64,000 nucleotides of DNA from Verrucomicrobiota bacterium (GCA_022710935.1 JAKLFY010000014.1:31041-95040), one strand, 5' to 3'. Counted from the stretch's first letter, positions 51,978 through 62,600 are shown. The notes: generated by a model from the sequence alone, not told the origin. Made by a program: numbers and translations.

Positions 51978-54887
51978 ATGCTCAATCGGATGCTTCAGGT
52001 CGGGGTTGCCATCTCTCTGCTCATGGCAGCAGTGTCGTGTTTCCCCGTCTCCTCCGCGCATGCAGCCACGAAGGTCTGGACCGGCGGCAACAGCACATGG
52101 TCGAATCCGGACGGCTGGACTCCCGCCGGCGTGCCGGAAGCCGCGGACGAAATCCAAATCGAGAGCGGCTCGATCCACCTGGACATGCAAGTGACGATCG
52201 GCGTCCGGCTGACCTGGAGCGGCGGTTCACTTCACAGCGGCTCGGTTTTGGTCGCCCCGGGCGCCCTGGCCGAACTGGTCAGCGAAAGTGACAAGGACAT
52301 CCAGAATGCCACGCTCGTGAACGAAGGCACACTGCGGATTGCCGCCGGCCGGCTCGTGTGCCGGTTCACCGGCTGGAGCCAGTCCATGCGGATCACAAAC
52401 CAGGCCACCGGCCTGTTCGAGTTGGCCGACACCGCCCAGGTGGTCCAAGTGAACCCCGGGAGTTGGCCCCCGGCGGCCCTCCTTTTTGCCAACGAGGGCG
52501 TGATCCGCAAGACCGGCGCCGGGAGCGGCGCCCTGGCGCTGATGCCGTTAGCCAACCGGGGCCGCGTCGAGGTCGTCGGCGGCCGCCTCGAGTGGACGGG
52601 CGGTGGCACTTCGCCGGGCACGTTCGAGGTATTGGCCGGGTGTGGAATGGACCTGCATACAGGCACGTTCGATCTGGGCGGGTCGCGCTGGGACGGCCCC
52701 GGGCCCATCCGGATCCGGAACAGTGCCACGGTGCAGGGGACTTTCCAGGCCGAGAACTTCGGCATCGCTGGCGGCGACATCACCGGCAACTTCGAGGTCA
52801 GTGGCGGATTCGAGTGGACAGGGGGAAACCTGGTGAGTGCTGCCCTCCGGCTGGGCGAGGGCCAGCACCGGATCGCCGGAGAGGATGTTAAGGAACTGCT
52901 CAATGCCAGCTTCGCCAATGCCGGCCACCTTCTGATCTCCGGCGCAACGGTGGGCCTCCGGTTCAACGGATACGGCCAGTCCGCCACTCTGACCAACGAG
53001 GCGACGGGCGTCATCGAGTTGCAGGCGGACAGTTGGATCAGGCAGGTCAACAGCGGTGGCTGGTCTCCTGCCCTCCTGGCCTGGGTGAACCAGGGCCAGC
53101 TCATCAGCAGCGCCACGGGCACCAACTGGATCGAGTCCATTCCACTCCACAACGAGGGCAGCATCGACGTCGCTGAAGGCCTTCTGCGACATACCGGCGG
53201 CGGGGTTTCCCCGGGTCAGGTCCGGATTGCCCCCGAGGCTCGCATCCAGATCGGCGGGGGAACCTACAACCTGGGCGGCAGCCTCTGGACCGGCGCGGGC
53301 GAGGCGCGGATTGTGTCGAGCACTCGATTGGTGGGCGCCTTCGAGGCCGAGAACTTCGGCCTGGCCGGCGGCGATTTGGAGGGCGAATTCGACGTTTCGG
53401 GAGGGTTCGAATGGACTGCTGGCCGAGTGGTGGGTGCTCAGGCACGGCTGGGTCCGGGCGCGCACTCGATTCGGGGCGAGGCCGACAAGGTGCTCCACAA
53501 CGCCACAGTTGCGAATGCGGGGCACTTGCGAATCGACAACTCGAGCCTGGCCTTGCTCTTCACGGGCTACAGCCAGACCGCGCTCCTGACCAACGAGGTG
53601 GGCGGCATTCTCGAATGGATTGGGACCGCTGCTCTCGAACAGCGCAACACGGGCGGTTGGACGCCCGCCGCGATTGGCCTCGTCAACGAAGGCACTGTGC
53701 GCGCCTCCGGCCCAGGACTCAAGTCCATCGCTGCCGTCCCGCTTCACAACCGCGGCTTGGTGGACGTTTTAGAGGGCACGCTTCTGCAGACCGGAGGCGG
53801 GACGTCTGCCGGCACGTTCCGTGTCGCGGCTGCGGGCCGATTCGAGTTTTCGAATGGCACCTATCAATACGAAGGCAGCCGGTGGTTTGGGCCCGGGCCG
53901 TCGGCGATGGTCGAGGCCGCGACCGTCCAGGGGACCTTCGAAGCCGACAACTTCCGACTCGAACGGGGCGACCTCTCGGGCACGTGCACGATCGGGGGCG
54001 GCTTCCATTGGATCGGCGGCGGGCTCGTCGGCGCCCAGTTGCGCCTGGGGCCCGGCGAGCACCGGATCTCCGGGCCAGATTCCAAAGTCCTTTTGGCTTC
54101 GTCCCTCGCCAACGCTGGGCACTTGGTTTTCGAGGAGGCGACTGTCGGTTTGCTTTTCACCGGTTACAGCCAGATGGCGTTTTTCACCAACGAGGCGGGC
54201 GGTCAAATGGATCTCGATGGAAGCGCCCGAATCGAACAACGCAACGGAGGAGGATGGTCGCCCGCCAAGATCGGCGTGTTCAGCGAAGGCACACTGCGGA
54301 AAGTCGGCGGAGGTGTCGCCGTGCTGGCCGGGGTTCCGTTGGTCAACCAAGGTGTTTGCGAGGTGATCGACGGGATTCTGCGCGTCGAGGGCAATGCCAC
54401 CTTCGAATCCAGCGGCCAGTTGACCGTCCGTTTGGGATCCGAACCCTCGCTCCAAGTGACCGGCACGGCGACTCTCGGCGGAGCTTTGGAGGCTGCAACG
54501 CCGCCCGGCTTCGAGGTGACATCCGGCGCGGCGTTCACACCGATGAGCGCTGGGACTATCAGCGGTCGATTCGCAAACGACATCGCGCTGAACCCAGGCC
54601 ACGTTTACGAGTATCTGGCCAGCTACTCCGGGAATGTCCTCACCCTGACGTCGCAGAGCGGCCTCGAACAGCCGCTGCAGTTGTCCGAGCCGACGCTCCT
54701 CGGGGGCCTCGCCGCGTTCGACATCTCGGGCCGGTCCGGGCTCCTTTACCTGATCGAGTCCTCGACCAACCTGATCGCCTGGCAGCTCGATTTCACCACG
54801 AACGCCCCGGCTGACACGCTGACGTTCGTGGATCCCCGGACCCCGCTGGATTCAGCTCGGTTTTACCGTGTCGGTGTGTTGCCATGA
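51978..54887 (+). CDS. Secreted beta-helix-like repeat protein (4 tandem ~200-aa units) with FYRV-type C-terminal domain
   Basis: ATG at 51978 with signal peptide VGVAISLLMAAVSCFPVSSAHAA. Opening TKVWTGGNSTWSNPDGW is typical of autotransporter-associated beta-strand-repeat proteins. Repeat anchors are LTWSGG, FEWTGG, FEWTAG and FHWIGG. Ends ARFYRVGVLP. Confidence 0.8.
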   Translation: MLNRMLQVGVAISLLMAAVSCFPVSSAHAATKVWTGGNSTWSNPDGWTPAGVPEAADEIQIESGSIHLDMQVTIGVRLTWSGGSLHSGSVLVAPGALAELVSESDKDIQNATLVNEGTLRIAAGRLVCRFTGWSQSMRITNQATGLFELADTAQVVQVNPGSWPPAALLFANEGVIRKTGAGSGALALMPLANRGRVEVVGGRLEWTGGGTSPGTFEVLAGCGMDLHTGTFDLGGSRWDGPGPIRIRNSATVQGTFQAENFGIAGGDITGNFEVSGGFEWTGGNLVSAALRLGEGQHRIAGEDVKELLNASFANAGHLLISGATVGLRFNGYGQSATLTNEATGVIELQADSWIRQVNSGGWSPALLAWVNQGQLISSATGTNWIESIPLHNEGSIDVAEGLLRHTGGGVSPGQVRIAPEARIQIGGGTYNLGGSLWTGAGEARIVSSTRLVGAFEAENFGLAGGDLEGEFDVSGGFEWTAGRVVGAQARLGPGAHSIRGEADKVLHNATVANAGHLRIDNSSLALLFTGYSQTALLTNEVGGILEWIGTAALEQRNTGGWTPAAIGLVNEGTVRASGPGLKSIAAVPLHNRGLVDVLEGTLLQTGGGTSAGTFRVAAAGRFEFSNGTYQYEGSRWFGPGPSAMVEAATVQGTFEADNFRLERGDLSGTCTIGGGFHWIGGGLVGAQLRLGPGEHRISGPDSKVLLASSLANAGHLVFEEATVGLLFTGYSQMAFFTNEAGGQMDLDGSARIEQRNGGGWSPAKIGVFSEGTLRKVGGGVAVLAGVPLVNQGVCEVIDGILRVEGNATFESSGQLTVRLGSEPSLQVTGTATLGGALEAATPPGFEVTSGAAFTPMSAGTISGRFANDIALNPGHVYEYLASYSGNVLTLTSQSGLEQPLQLSEPTLLGGLAAFDISGRSGLLYLIESSTNLIAWQLDFTTNAPADTLTFVDPRTPLDSARFYRVGVLP

Positions 54888-54903
54888 CTTCTGTGAGACC
54901 ACG

Positions 54904-55992
54904 ATGAAACGGACGCACCTGCCGGCGGTCTTGCTTGCGGTGACGGCGGTGGTGTCGGCCGGGACGCTGGCCGAGGGCGCCTCACCCGTCACGCGCGATA
55001 TCACCTTCTTCGTCCTCTCAGACGTGCATATCGGGGCGGAGAACCCGAAGGCTCAACCGCCCGTGACCCGGCAGGATACCTTCGTCCGCGCCCAGGCCAA
55101 TCTCGAGGCCTTGCGCGCGCGGGTGGGCCGCCCTTACCCGGACACGGCCGCGTTTGCTCCCCTGCGCCTCGGCGCGGTGGCCGTGCCGCGCGGGCTGTTT
55201 ATCCTGGGCGACATCACCGATGGTCACAAGGATCCCACGCAGCAGGAGGAACAATGGCGCTGCTTCGACACGCTCTTTCCCGCGCTCGGACTCGAGTTCA
55301 GCGGCCAGAAGGTGCCGGTGTTCGCGATGGCGGGGAACCACGATGGGGACGTCGCGGGCCCTCAGCGCCAGGGCCTGGTCCGGCGGAACCGCGCTCTCGA
55401 GAGCGCGGGCGCACTCGCCGCCATTTCAACAAACGGCGTCCATGTCGCTCTCAACTGGGAGGGGGTGCATCTGGTCTGCCTGAACCTGTGCCCCGCCGAT
55501 AGCACGGACGCTGAGACGCCGTTCAAGTACGGGCGGCCGGGTCCGGGGAGCTGGAACGATCCGCAGGGGGCTTACACCTTCCTGCGCGACTATCTGGTCC
55601 GCCACGTCGGGAGTTCGCAGGCGCCGGTTTTCATCCTTCAGCACTACGGATTTGACGGGTTCTCGCTCAACGATTGGAACTGGTGGACGCCCCAGCAACG
55701 CCGCGCGCTGTACCAACTGCTCGAAGACTATAACATCGCGGCGTTCTTTCATGGCCACAATCACCATGCCGAACACTACCGCTGGCCCGATCCCCAAAGG
55801 CACGCGGCGGATCTCGAGTCTCTGTTCGAGGGCCAAACACCTCCCGATCACCGCCAGTATGACGTGCTGTCCTGGGGCGGCCTGGCTTGGGTCATCCGCA
55901 TCCGCGGCGACACGCTCATCGCCGCTCACCTCAGCGGACCGGATTGGACTGAAGACCCGGCCCGGCTTTGGGTGAAGTCGCTCAAGCGGTGA
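54904..55992 (+). CDS. Calcineurin-like metallophosphoesterase (exported)
   Basis: ATG at 54904 with a signal peptide. FVLSDVHIG, ILGDITDGH, MAGNHDG and FFHGHNHH (the four canonical metal-ligand motifs). Confidence 0.85.
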   Translation: MKRTHLPAVLLAVTAVVSAGTLAEGASPVTRDITFFVLSDVHIGAENPKAQPPVTRQDTFVRAQANLEALRARVGRPYPDTAAFAPLRLGAVAVPRGLFILGDITDGHKDPTQQEEQWRCFDTLFPALGLEFSGQKVPVFAMAGNHDGDVAGPQRQGLVRRNRALESAGALAAISTNGVHVALNWEGVHLVCLNLCPADSTDAETPFKYGRPGPGSWNDPQGAYTFLRDYLVRHVGSSQAPVFILQHYGFDGFSLNDWNWWTPQQRRALYQLLEDYNIAAFFHGHNHHAEHYRWPDPQRHAADLESLFEGQTPPDHRQYDVLSWGGLAWVIRIRGDTLIAAHLSGPDWTEDPARLWVKSLKR

Positions 55993-57271
55993 TCTCTTCC
56001 TTGACGGCGTCCCACCGCACGGTCCGCTGTCGGTGATACGACTCGACGGACATCAGGTAGGTGGCGGTTTCGACAAAGGCCTCGTGCGTCGAGCACTTGG
56101 GGGTGCCGCGGCTGCGAACGCAGTTGAAGAAATCGACGATGTGGTTCGGCTGGTTGGGCGTTTTGCCGCGCTCGTACCCGGCGGGCAGGTCCTTGCGGCC
56201 GGCGTAGCCTTCCGGATGAATCGTGAAGCTGTTGACATCGTGGGCGATGCCGTCGAACCGCAGGGTGGCTTCCTTGCCGCAGACCTCGACCGGCTGGCCC
56301 GCGTTGGTGTTCATGCTGCCGGTGAAGGTCACCGTGCGGCCCAGGGTCTCGAACTGATAGGTCGCCACCCAGGTGTCCGGCACTTCGCGGTCGTCCTTGA
56401 GCAGCGCGTTGAGGCCGGCGCATTGGCAGGTGTCAGGAATGCCGTGACCGAGGAGGTACTGGACGAAATCCAGCTCGTGCGAGAGCAGATCGCCCGCCTG
56501 GCCCGTGCCGTAGGCCCAGTAACAGCGCCAGTGCCAGAAATGCCGTTCGTTCCACGGAATCCTCGGGGCCGGACCCAGCCAGAGGTCCCAGTTGACCTCC
56601 TTCACCACCTGGGCGGGGTCGGGTCGCTGCCACTGCGAGTAGTATCCGTACCACCGCCACATCGGATGCTCCGGCGCGCTGCTCATGAAGCGTCCGGTCC
56701 GCACCAGCGTAACCGGGCCGAGCAGGCCCTGCGCGATCAGTTCCCGGGCTTGCAGCGCGGCGGTGCTTTGACGCGCCTGGTGACCCAACTGGAAAACCAC
56801 CTTGCTCTGTTGCAGCGCGTCACGCATCCGCTTCGCTTCCGGCAGCGTGCGCGCGAATCCTTTCTCGCAGTAGATGTCCTTCCCAGCTTTGACGGCGTCG
56901 AGCACCATCGGACAATGCCAGTGGTCCGGGGCGCCGATCACCACCGCGTCGACGTTTGGGTCAGCGAGCAGTTCACGGTAGTCGACGTAGGCCTTGACCG
57001 CCGGGTTTTGGCTGCGGTCGATCCCCTTCTGCCGGTGCGGGCCATAGACGTCGCACACGGCCACCACCTTCACGCCCGGCAAGGGCGCGACGGCGCTCAG
57101 GAGATCGCCGCCGCGCGTGCCCAGGCCGATGCAGCCGACGCCGATGGTGTCGTTGGGCGACTGCGCCGAGAGCAGGACTGGCGAGAGGGCGGACGCGGCC
57201 GCGAGTGTCGTGGTGGCGGTGCCAGTGTGGCGGAGGAATTGACGACGGGTAAGCTGAGGTGAGTTGCGCAT
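55982..57271 (-). CDS. Gfo/Idh/MocA-family oxidoreductase with twin-arginine (Tat) signal
   Basis: ATG at 57271. TRRQFLRHTGTATTTLAAASA. Rossmann IGVGCIGLGTRGG. DAVVIGAPDHWH. IYCEKG. Convergent 11-nt overlap with the phosphoesterase gene. Confidence 0.85.
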   Translation of the reverse strand: MRNSPQLTRRQFLRHTGTATTTLAAASALSPVLLSAQSPNDTIGVGCIGLGTRGGDLLSAVAPLPGVKVVAVCDVYGPHRQKGIDRSQNPAVKAYVDYRELLADPNVDAVVIGAPDHWHCPMVLDAVKAGKDIYCEKGFARTLPEAKRMRDALQQSKVVFQLGHQARQSTAALQARELIAQGLLGPVTLVRTGRFMSSAPEHPMWRWYGYYSQWQRPDPAQVVKEVNWDLWLGPAPRIPWNERHFWHWRCYWAYGTGQAGDLLSHELDFVQYLLGHGIPDTCQCAGLNALLKDDREVPDTWVATYQFETLGRTVTFTGSMNTNAGQPVEVCGKEATLRFDGIAHDVNSFTIHPEGYAGRKDLPAGYERGKTPNQPNHIVDFFNCVRSRGTPKCSTHEAFVETATYLMSVESYHRQRTVRWDAVKEEITA

Positions 57272-57526
57272 GGCGGGAGGATCTTCCAAGCCGGATGCCG
57301 ATCAAGCCTAAACCCGAGGCTAAACCCGGGGCCGTGAAAAACAGGGGGCGGCTCCTGCAACTGACAATGGTGCGGCCGTCTGTTCGGGCCTGAATCGGAT
57401 TGCCGCTCCATCCCGTCGGGCCCAATTCGTCTTGAATGGCCTCTCCCGGGCGGGCACCCTTCGTCCGCGTCAAATCAGGTCACGGCCTGGCGCGGCGCTC
57501 TGACTCGACAGCCTGTGGCGCGGCTT

Positions 57527-57856
57527 ATGAAATGCCCCAAGTGTGAGGACCAACAACTGGCTGGCGCGGCGGTGCGCGGCATCGAGGTGGATCGCTGCCC
57601 GCGCTGTGGCGGCATTTGGTTTGACGTGAAGGAACTCGGCGCGCTCATGGCCTCGCATCCCAGCGACCTCAAGCCTCTGGCCCGCGGCAAGAACGACGAT
57701 TCCACGGATGCCCGGGCTGGCCTTTGTCCCCGCGACCAGTCGCGGATGATCCGCGTCCGCAGCGCCCGCAAGCCGACTGTGATCGTCGAGACCTGCCCCA
57801 CCTGCCGCGGCCTCTGGCTCGACGGAGGCGAATTGGGCGAATTGCTGCTGCCGTGA
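57527..57856 (+). CDS. TFIIB-type zinc-ribbon protein (two CxxC..CxxC ribbons)
   Basis: MKCPKCE..CPRCGGIWFDVKELGAL, and CPRD..CPTCRGLWLDGGELGELL. ATG at 57527; the track start at 57515 is a GTG. Confidence 0.7.
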   Translation: MKCPKCEDQQLAGAAVRGIEVDRCPRCGGIWFDVKELGALMASHPSDLKPLARGKNDDSTDARAGLCPRDQSRMIRVRSARKPTVIVETCPTCRGLWLDGGELGELLLP

Positions 57857-57937
57857 CGCTCCGGATCAAGTCACGCGAGTGTGGTTTTGATGTCCATCTG
57901 TAATGGCGCGACTGGCTCAGCGTGGTACAGTGGGCCC

Positions 57938-58081
57938 ATGGTGCGGTCGATTCTCAACCTGGTGGTTGCTCTGGCGAGCGCGGTCATCAACCTCGCCGCC
58001 GCCGCCCTGAGCCTGTTGATCCTCATCATCCTCTACGCCCTGGTCCAGGACGTCATGGCCCTCACGCGCAGCGAGGAATGA
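57938..58081 (+). CDS. Possible 47-aa hydrophobic peptide
   Basis: MVRSILNLVVALASAVINLAAAALSLLILIILYALVQDVMALTRSEE. One or two TM helices. The only support is the ORF and its hydrophobicity. Confidence 0.25.
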   Translation: MVRSILNLVVALASAVINLAAAALSLLILIILYALVQDVMALTRSEE

Positions 58082-58202
58082 TCTGTAAGACAGCATTGGA
58101 TCCCCTCATCGCCGCTTCTTCGTGCTCTTCGGTGCTTCGTGGTGAATTCCAGCCCTGCGGCGCCGCAGGCATCGGAGAGCCGCGTCAGTTCATTATTGTT
58201 GC

Positions 58203-58231
58203 TTGACATCACCATGAAATAATCGTATGCA
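58203..58231 (+). promoter_or_regulatory. Candidate sigma-70-type promoter TTGACA-17 nt-TATGCA upstream of the PEP-CTERM gene
   Basis: TTGACA at 58203-58208 and TATGCA at 58226-58231, in an AT-richer stretch 65 nt upstream of the ATG at 58296. Pattern match only. Confidence 0.3.
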
Positions 58232-58295
58232 TCCGGACGTATAGTGATTGAACCGTTTAGAACACACTTCAGAAAACTCCATCGTACTTTCTTCT

Positions 58296-59138
58296 ATGAA
58301 TACCATGAAAACTCCAACTAGCCCGGATCAGGGTCAGCGGAGGGCCATTTCTCAATCCGTGCTCCGCTCTCTGAGTCGGCTTGGCGTGCTCGTCGGAATC
58401 CTGGTTGCACCGATTGCGCAGGCGGCGGTCTTCGACGTGGTCGTGTACGGGAGCGACGCGATCTTTCTGGCGGGCCGCACGGATGTTGCGATACCCACAG
58501 CCGATCAGCCATGGACGGGGCCGGGCACGCACCTGATCCGCCACGGCGGTGCCACGCCCGAGGAGATTCGCGAGACAGTTCCGCCTTTTGTGAGTGTCAC
58601 TGGCGGTGACGTTGTGAAGGTCGCCGACCCCGCAGTAGGCGGGGTGAGCTTCTTCAACGGCTACGGGGCCCCGCTCTTCGGGCCAGGGGGCAACGGGCTT
58701 TCCGGCAGCAGCCTGACTTCCCTGGACGGCATCAGCGGGTATCTCGGTCCGCAAGGCCCACTGGCGGGGGTTTTTCTCGATGACAGCATTCCAAGTTCAG
58801 GTCCGGCGCCTGCCACTCTTGACTTCACTTTGGGCGGTCTGGGGATTGACTTTCTCAGTCTCGCTCCCGCGTTGAGACAGGTTTTCTACATTGGGGATGG
58901 CGTCACCAGCGGAAACGTGTTCCAGCAGTTCGTTGCGCCCGCAGGAGCAACGCGTCTGTTCCTTGGCATTCCCGATGGATTCGGCTTCGGCGGCGCGCCC
59001 GGTGCTTACGACGACAACGATGGCTCGTACCGGGTGCGGATCGGGATCAACCAGGACCCGACCATTCCCGAACCGGCGTCGATGGGCGTCCTCGCGCTCG
59101 GGTTGCTGGGATGGACCTTTTTTCGCCGCCGCGCCTAA
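58296..59138 (+). CDS. PEP-CTERM sorting-domain protein
   Basis: Signal/anchor LGVLVGILVAPIAQAA. C-terminal IPEPASMGVLALGLLGWTFFRRRA (PEP motif, TM helix, basic tail). Start could be 58296 or 58305. Confidence 0.85.
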   Translation: MNTMKTPTSPDQGQRRAISQSVLRSLSRLGVLVGILVAPIAQAAVFDVVVYGSDAIFLAGRTDVAIPTADQPWTGPGTHLIRHGGATPEEIRETVPPFVSVTGGDVVKVADPAVGGVSFFNGYGAPLFGPGGNGLSGSSLTSLDGISGYLGPQGPLAGVFLDDSIPSSGPAPATLDFTLGGLGIDFLSLAPALRQVFYIGDGVTSGNVFQQFVAPAGATRLFLGIPDGFGFGGAPGAYDDNDGSYRVRIGINQDPTIPEPASMGVLALGLLGWTFFRRRA

Positions 59139-59304
59139 CCCGCATCGCAGATCTCTCTCAAGAAGTCTGGCTCCCCTGTGTGCACTGCCGGGGTGTCAAT
59201 GTGCGGGTTAGAAGCCTCTTCGGGTGTCGAAAAGCAGGCGTAAGCTCGATTTCCAGATCCCAATCTGTTCCATCTGGTTCCGCCGGAGGGTGTTGTCGTG
59301 GTGA

Positions 59305-59332
59305 GACCAGATGGTCCAGACCAGATGGTCCA
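59305..59332. repeat. Tandem duplication of the 14-mer GACCAGATGGTCCA, each containing the inverted repeat GACC-AGAT-GGTC
   Basis: Read directly. Lies 285 nt upstream of the GH38 start. Confidence 0.8.
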
Positions 59333-59616
59333 TTGGTAAGCGCTTGCCCGGCGGGGGCAGCGACTGGATAATCAGGGCATGTCAACCATGCCGGGTCGCT
59401 TGTGACGGTGAAAGACCGCGGCGCGGTAGAGCAGCAACAAATGGTCGGAGGGCCAATCCCTTTGTTGCGGGAGTGGCCTTGGCCCGAGACAACTGGCGTT
59501 ATGGATCAGGCCCTCCTGAAACTCGGCCCTCCGAGTTGCGGGGTCGGTTTGCCGGATGTTGGGTCATTGCAGAGCAAAGAGAGATCGATGAGAGAAGCCC
59601 AGTAACCAGCACTACG

Positions 59617-62600
59617 ATGAAAATGACAACGATGAATCGGGCGCTTCGAGTGATCATTCAGACGCTCGCCGTGCTGCTTGTCTCGATCCCGGCGCATGCG
59701 GGCGAGCCAGGTTTGACGCAACTTTGGGAGATTGGCCGGACGGATCGGGGCAATGCCGAGTTCGCCCTCGCGCCCGCAGGCTACGGGCGCTACGGCGAGG
59801 ACGGGTTCTTTGTCGTGGGAGCTTCGGAACCGCAACGCGATTGGCCGTATGTGCATCCGGGTCCGGCCGACAATTGGGCGGGGAGCCGGCGGCACACGTT
59901 CCTGGTTGTGTTCGGCTTGAGCGCCGTGCCTGCCGAGGGCAACTGCCGGCTGCGGTTCAACCTTCTGGACACCCAGAGCGGTGTGCCGCCGGCATGGCGG
60001 GTCGAGATCAACGGCACCGCCTTCGAACGCGCCTGGCCGGCCGGCGCGGGCGACGCCTCTGTGTTCGGACGTCCGGAAGAGGGAAAGCCGGTCGATTGGG
60101 AGATTGTCTTTCCGGCGTCGGTGTTGCGGCGGGGCGACAACGAAATCGCCATCACATCGCAGTCGGGGAGTTGGGCGCTTTACGACGCGCTCACTCTCGA
60201 GACACCGGCGGGCGCTGCACTCGGGAAGGTCGAGCAAGGCATGCGAATCACCGGGATCGACGCGCCTCCAGTCTGGGTGAAGGCGAAAGGCGAAGCCCGG
60301 CAGCCGGTGAGTGTGAGCCTGCGGTCGAGGGGCGAACTTGGGGATGTGGGCTTTGTGTTTGAAGGAAAGGAAGTAGGGCGGGCGGCTGTGCGCGCAGGAG
60401 TACAGACAGTCGAGTTGACGCTGCCTGCGGTCAACGCAACAACGAGCGGGCGGCTCGAAGTGAGGCAGGGCGACCAGGTTGTGGCGGCGCGGGATGTAAC
60501 GTTGCGTCCGCCGCGGTTGCGCGAGCTGTGGCTGCTGCCGCATTCGCATGTCGACATTGGATACACCCATGTCCAGGACGAGGTGATCGGCATCCAGATC
60601 ACGAATTTGCTCAAAGGAATGGAACTCGCCCGGGCCAGCGCGGGGAATCCGGACGGGATGCGGTTCAAGTGGAATCCGGAGGCGGTGTGGGTGCTCGAGC
60701 ACTTCCTCGAGCGCGTGACGCCGGCGCAGCGCGTTGAGTTCGTCGAGGCGGTGCGGCGGGGGGACGTCGGGGTGGACGGTCTTTTCGCGAACATGCTGAC
60801 GGGGTTGTGCAGGCCGGAGGAGCTGGCGCAGTGCCTGAGGTACGGGGCGCGCGTGGTCGACGTGACAGGTGTGCCGGTCGAGACGGCTGCGATCTGCGAC
60901 GTGCCGGGTTGGACGTGGGGATTGACGACCATGATGGGGCAGGCGGGCGTCAAGTACTTCATGATCGGGCCCAATTATTCGGCGCGGATCGGCACGATTC
61001 ACCAGTGGGCCAACCGTCCGTTCTATTGGCGGTCGCCTTCGGGGCGCGAGAAGGTGCTCTGCTACGTGGTCGACAACTACCATTTCCTGGGCGATCTCGA
61101 GTCGAATGTGCGGCAGCACAGCGAACGGCTCGAACGCGCCGACTATGCCTACGATTTGGCCCCGATGTTCTGGGTGGGGACCTGGCCAGGCGGCGGTGTC
61201 GATAATGCGCCGCCCGACGAGGGGACGGTGGCGAAGGTGCAGGCTTGGAACGAGAAATATGCCGCGCCGCGGGTGATCATCAGCCTGGCGAGCGAGTTCT
61301 TCCGCGAGTTCGAACGCCGGCATGGCCCGGCACTCGAAGAGCACGCCGGCGACCTGACGCCCTACTGGGAGGATGGCGCCGGGTCAACCTCGCTCGAGAC
61401 GGCGATGAACCGCGCATCGGCGGAGCGGTTGGTCCAGGCCGAGATGCTGCAGGCGCTGCTTGCGCCCAAGGAGCGCAATGCCGGAGAAGTGGAGGCGGCG
61501 TGGAAGAATGTGCTGCTCTACAGCGAGCACACCTGGGGCGCGCACAACAGCATCTCCGAGCCGGATGCCCCGTTTGTGACCGCCCAATGGAAGGTGAAGC
61601 AGGCGTTTGCGCTCGATGCAGACCGTCAATCGCGCGCCCTGCTCGAGGCGGCGCTCGAGTCGCATCGCGCGCCCGCGGACGGCGCCGGGGATAAGACGAT
61701 CGATGTCTTCAACACCACGCAATGGACGCGCACGGACCTGGTGGTTCTTGCGGCGGCGACTGGCGCAGGTTTCGATGGCGTGGCAACTGAACGCGGCCGG
61801 GCGGTGCCGGCCCAGCGGCTGGGTTCGGGCGAATTGGCTTTCCTGGCAGAGGATGTGCCCGCGTTTGGCGCGCGGCGGTTCCACCTGGTGAGACAAGCCG
61901 TTTCAACGCGCGGAAAGGCGCGCGTGGAAGGCCTGACGTTGCGGACCGGCACGCTCGAAGTCGAGATGGACGGTGTGACGGGCGCGATCAGCGGTCTGCG
62001 GCGCAAGGGGGTCGGGGGCGATTTCGTGGATGGGCGGTCGCCTGTCGGGCTGAACGATTACCGGTACGTGCTGGGCGCCGACGCGGCGGGTGCGCGCGTC
62101 AACGGCCCGGTCAGTTGGCAGGTGCTCGACGCCGGCCCGCTGGTCGCCACCGTGCGGTTCGAAGCGGAGGCGCCCGGTTGTCGGCGTCTGGTGCGCGAGG
62201 TCCGGGTGATCGACGGGCTGGATCGGATCGAGTTGGTCAATCATGTCGACCGGCTGGCGGTGCGCGAGAAGGACAGCGTCCACTTCGGGTTTGGATTCGA
62301 CGTCCCGGGCGGCACGGTGCGGATGGAGACCCCGTGGGCCGTGGTGCGTCCGAATGCGGACCAGTTGCCGGGGGCGTGTCGAAACTGGTTTACCGTGCAA
62401 CGCTGGGTCGATGTGTCCAACGGCGAACGCGGGATCACGCTGGCTCCGTTGGATGCGCCGTTGCTCCAGGTGGGCGGGATCACGGCGAACCTGCTCGGTC
62501 CGGTGGCGCGCGAAGAGTGGCTTGCCGAGGCGATCGAGTCGACGACGCTCTATTCCTGGGCGCAGAACAACCATTGGTTTACGAACTACAAGGCCGATCA

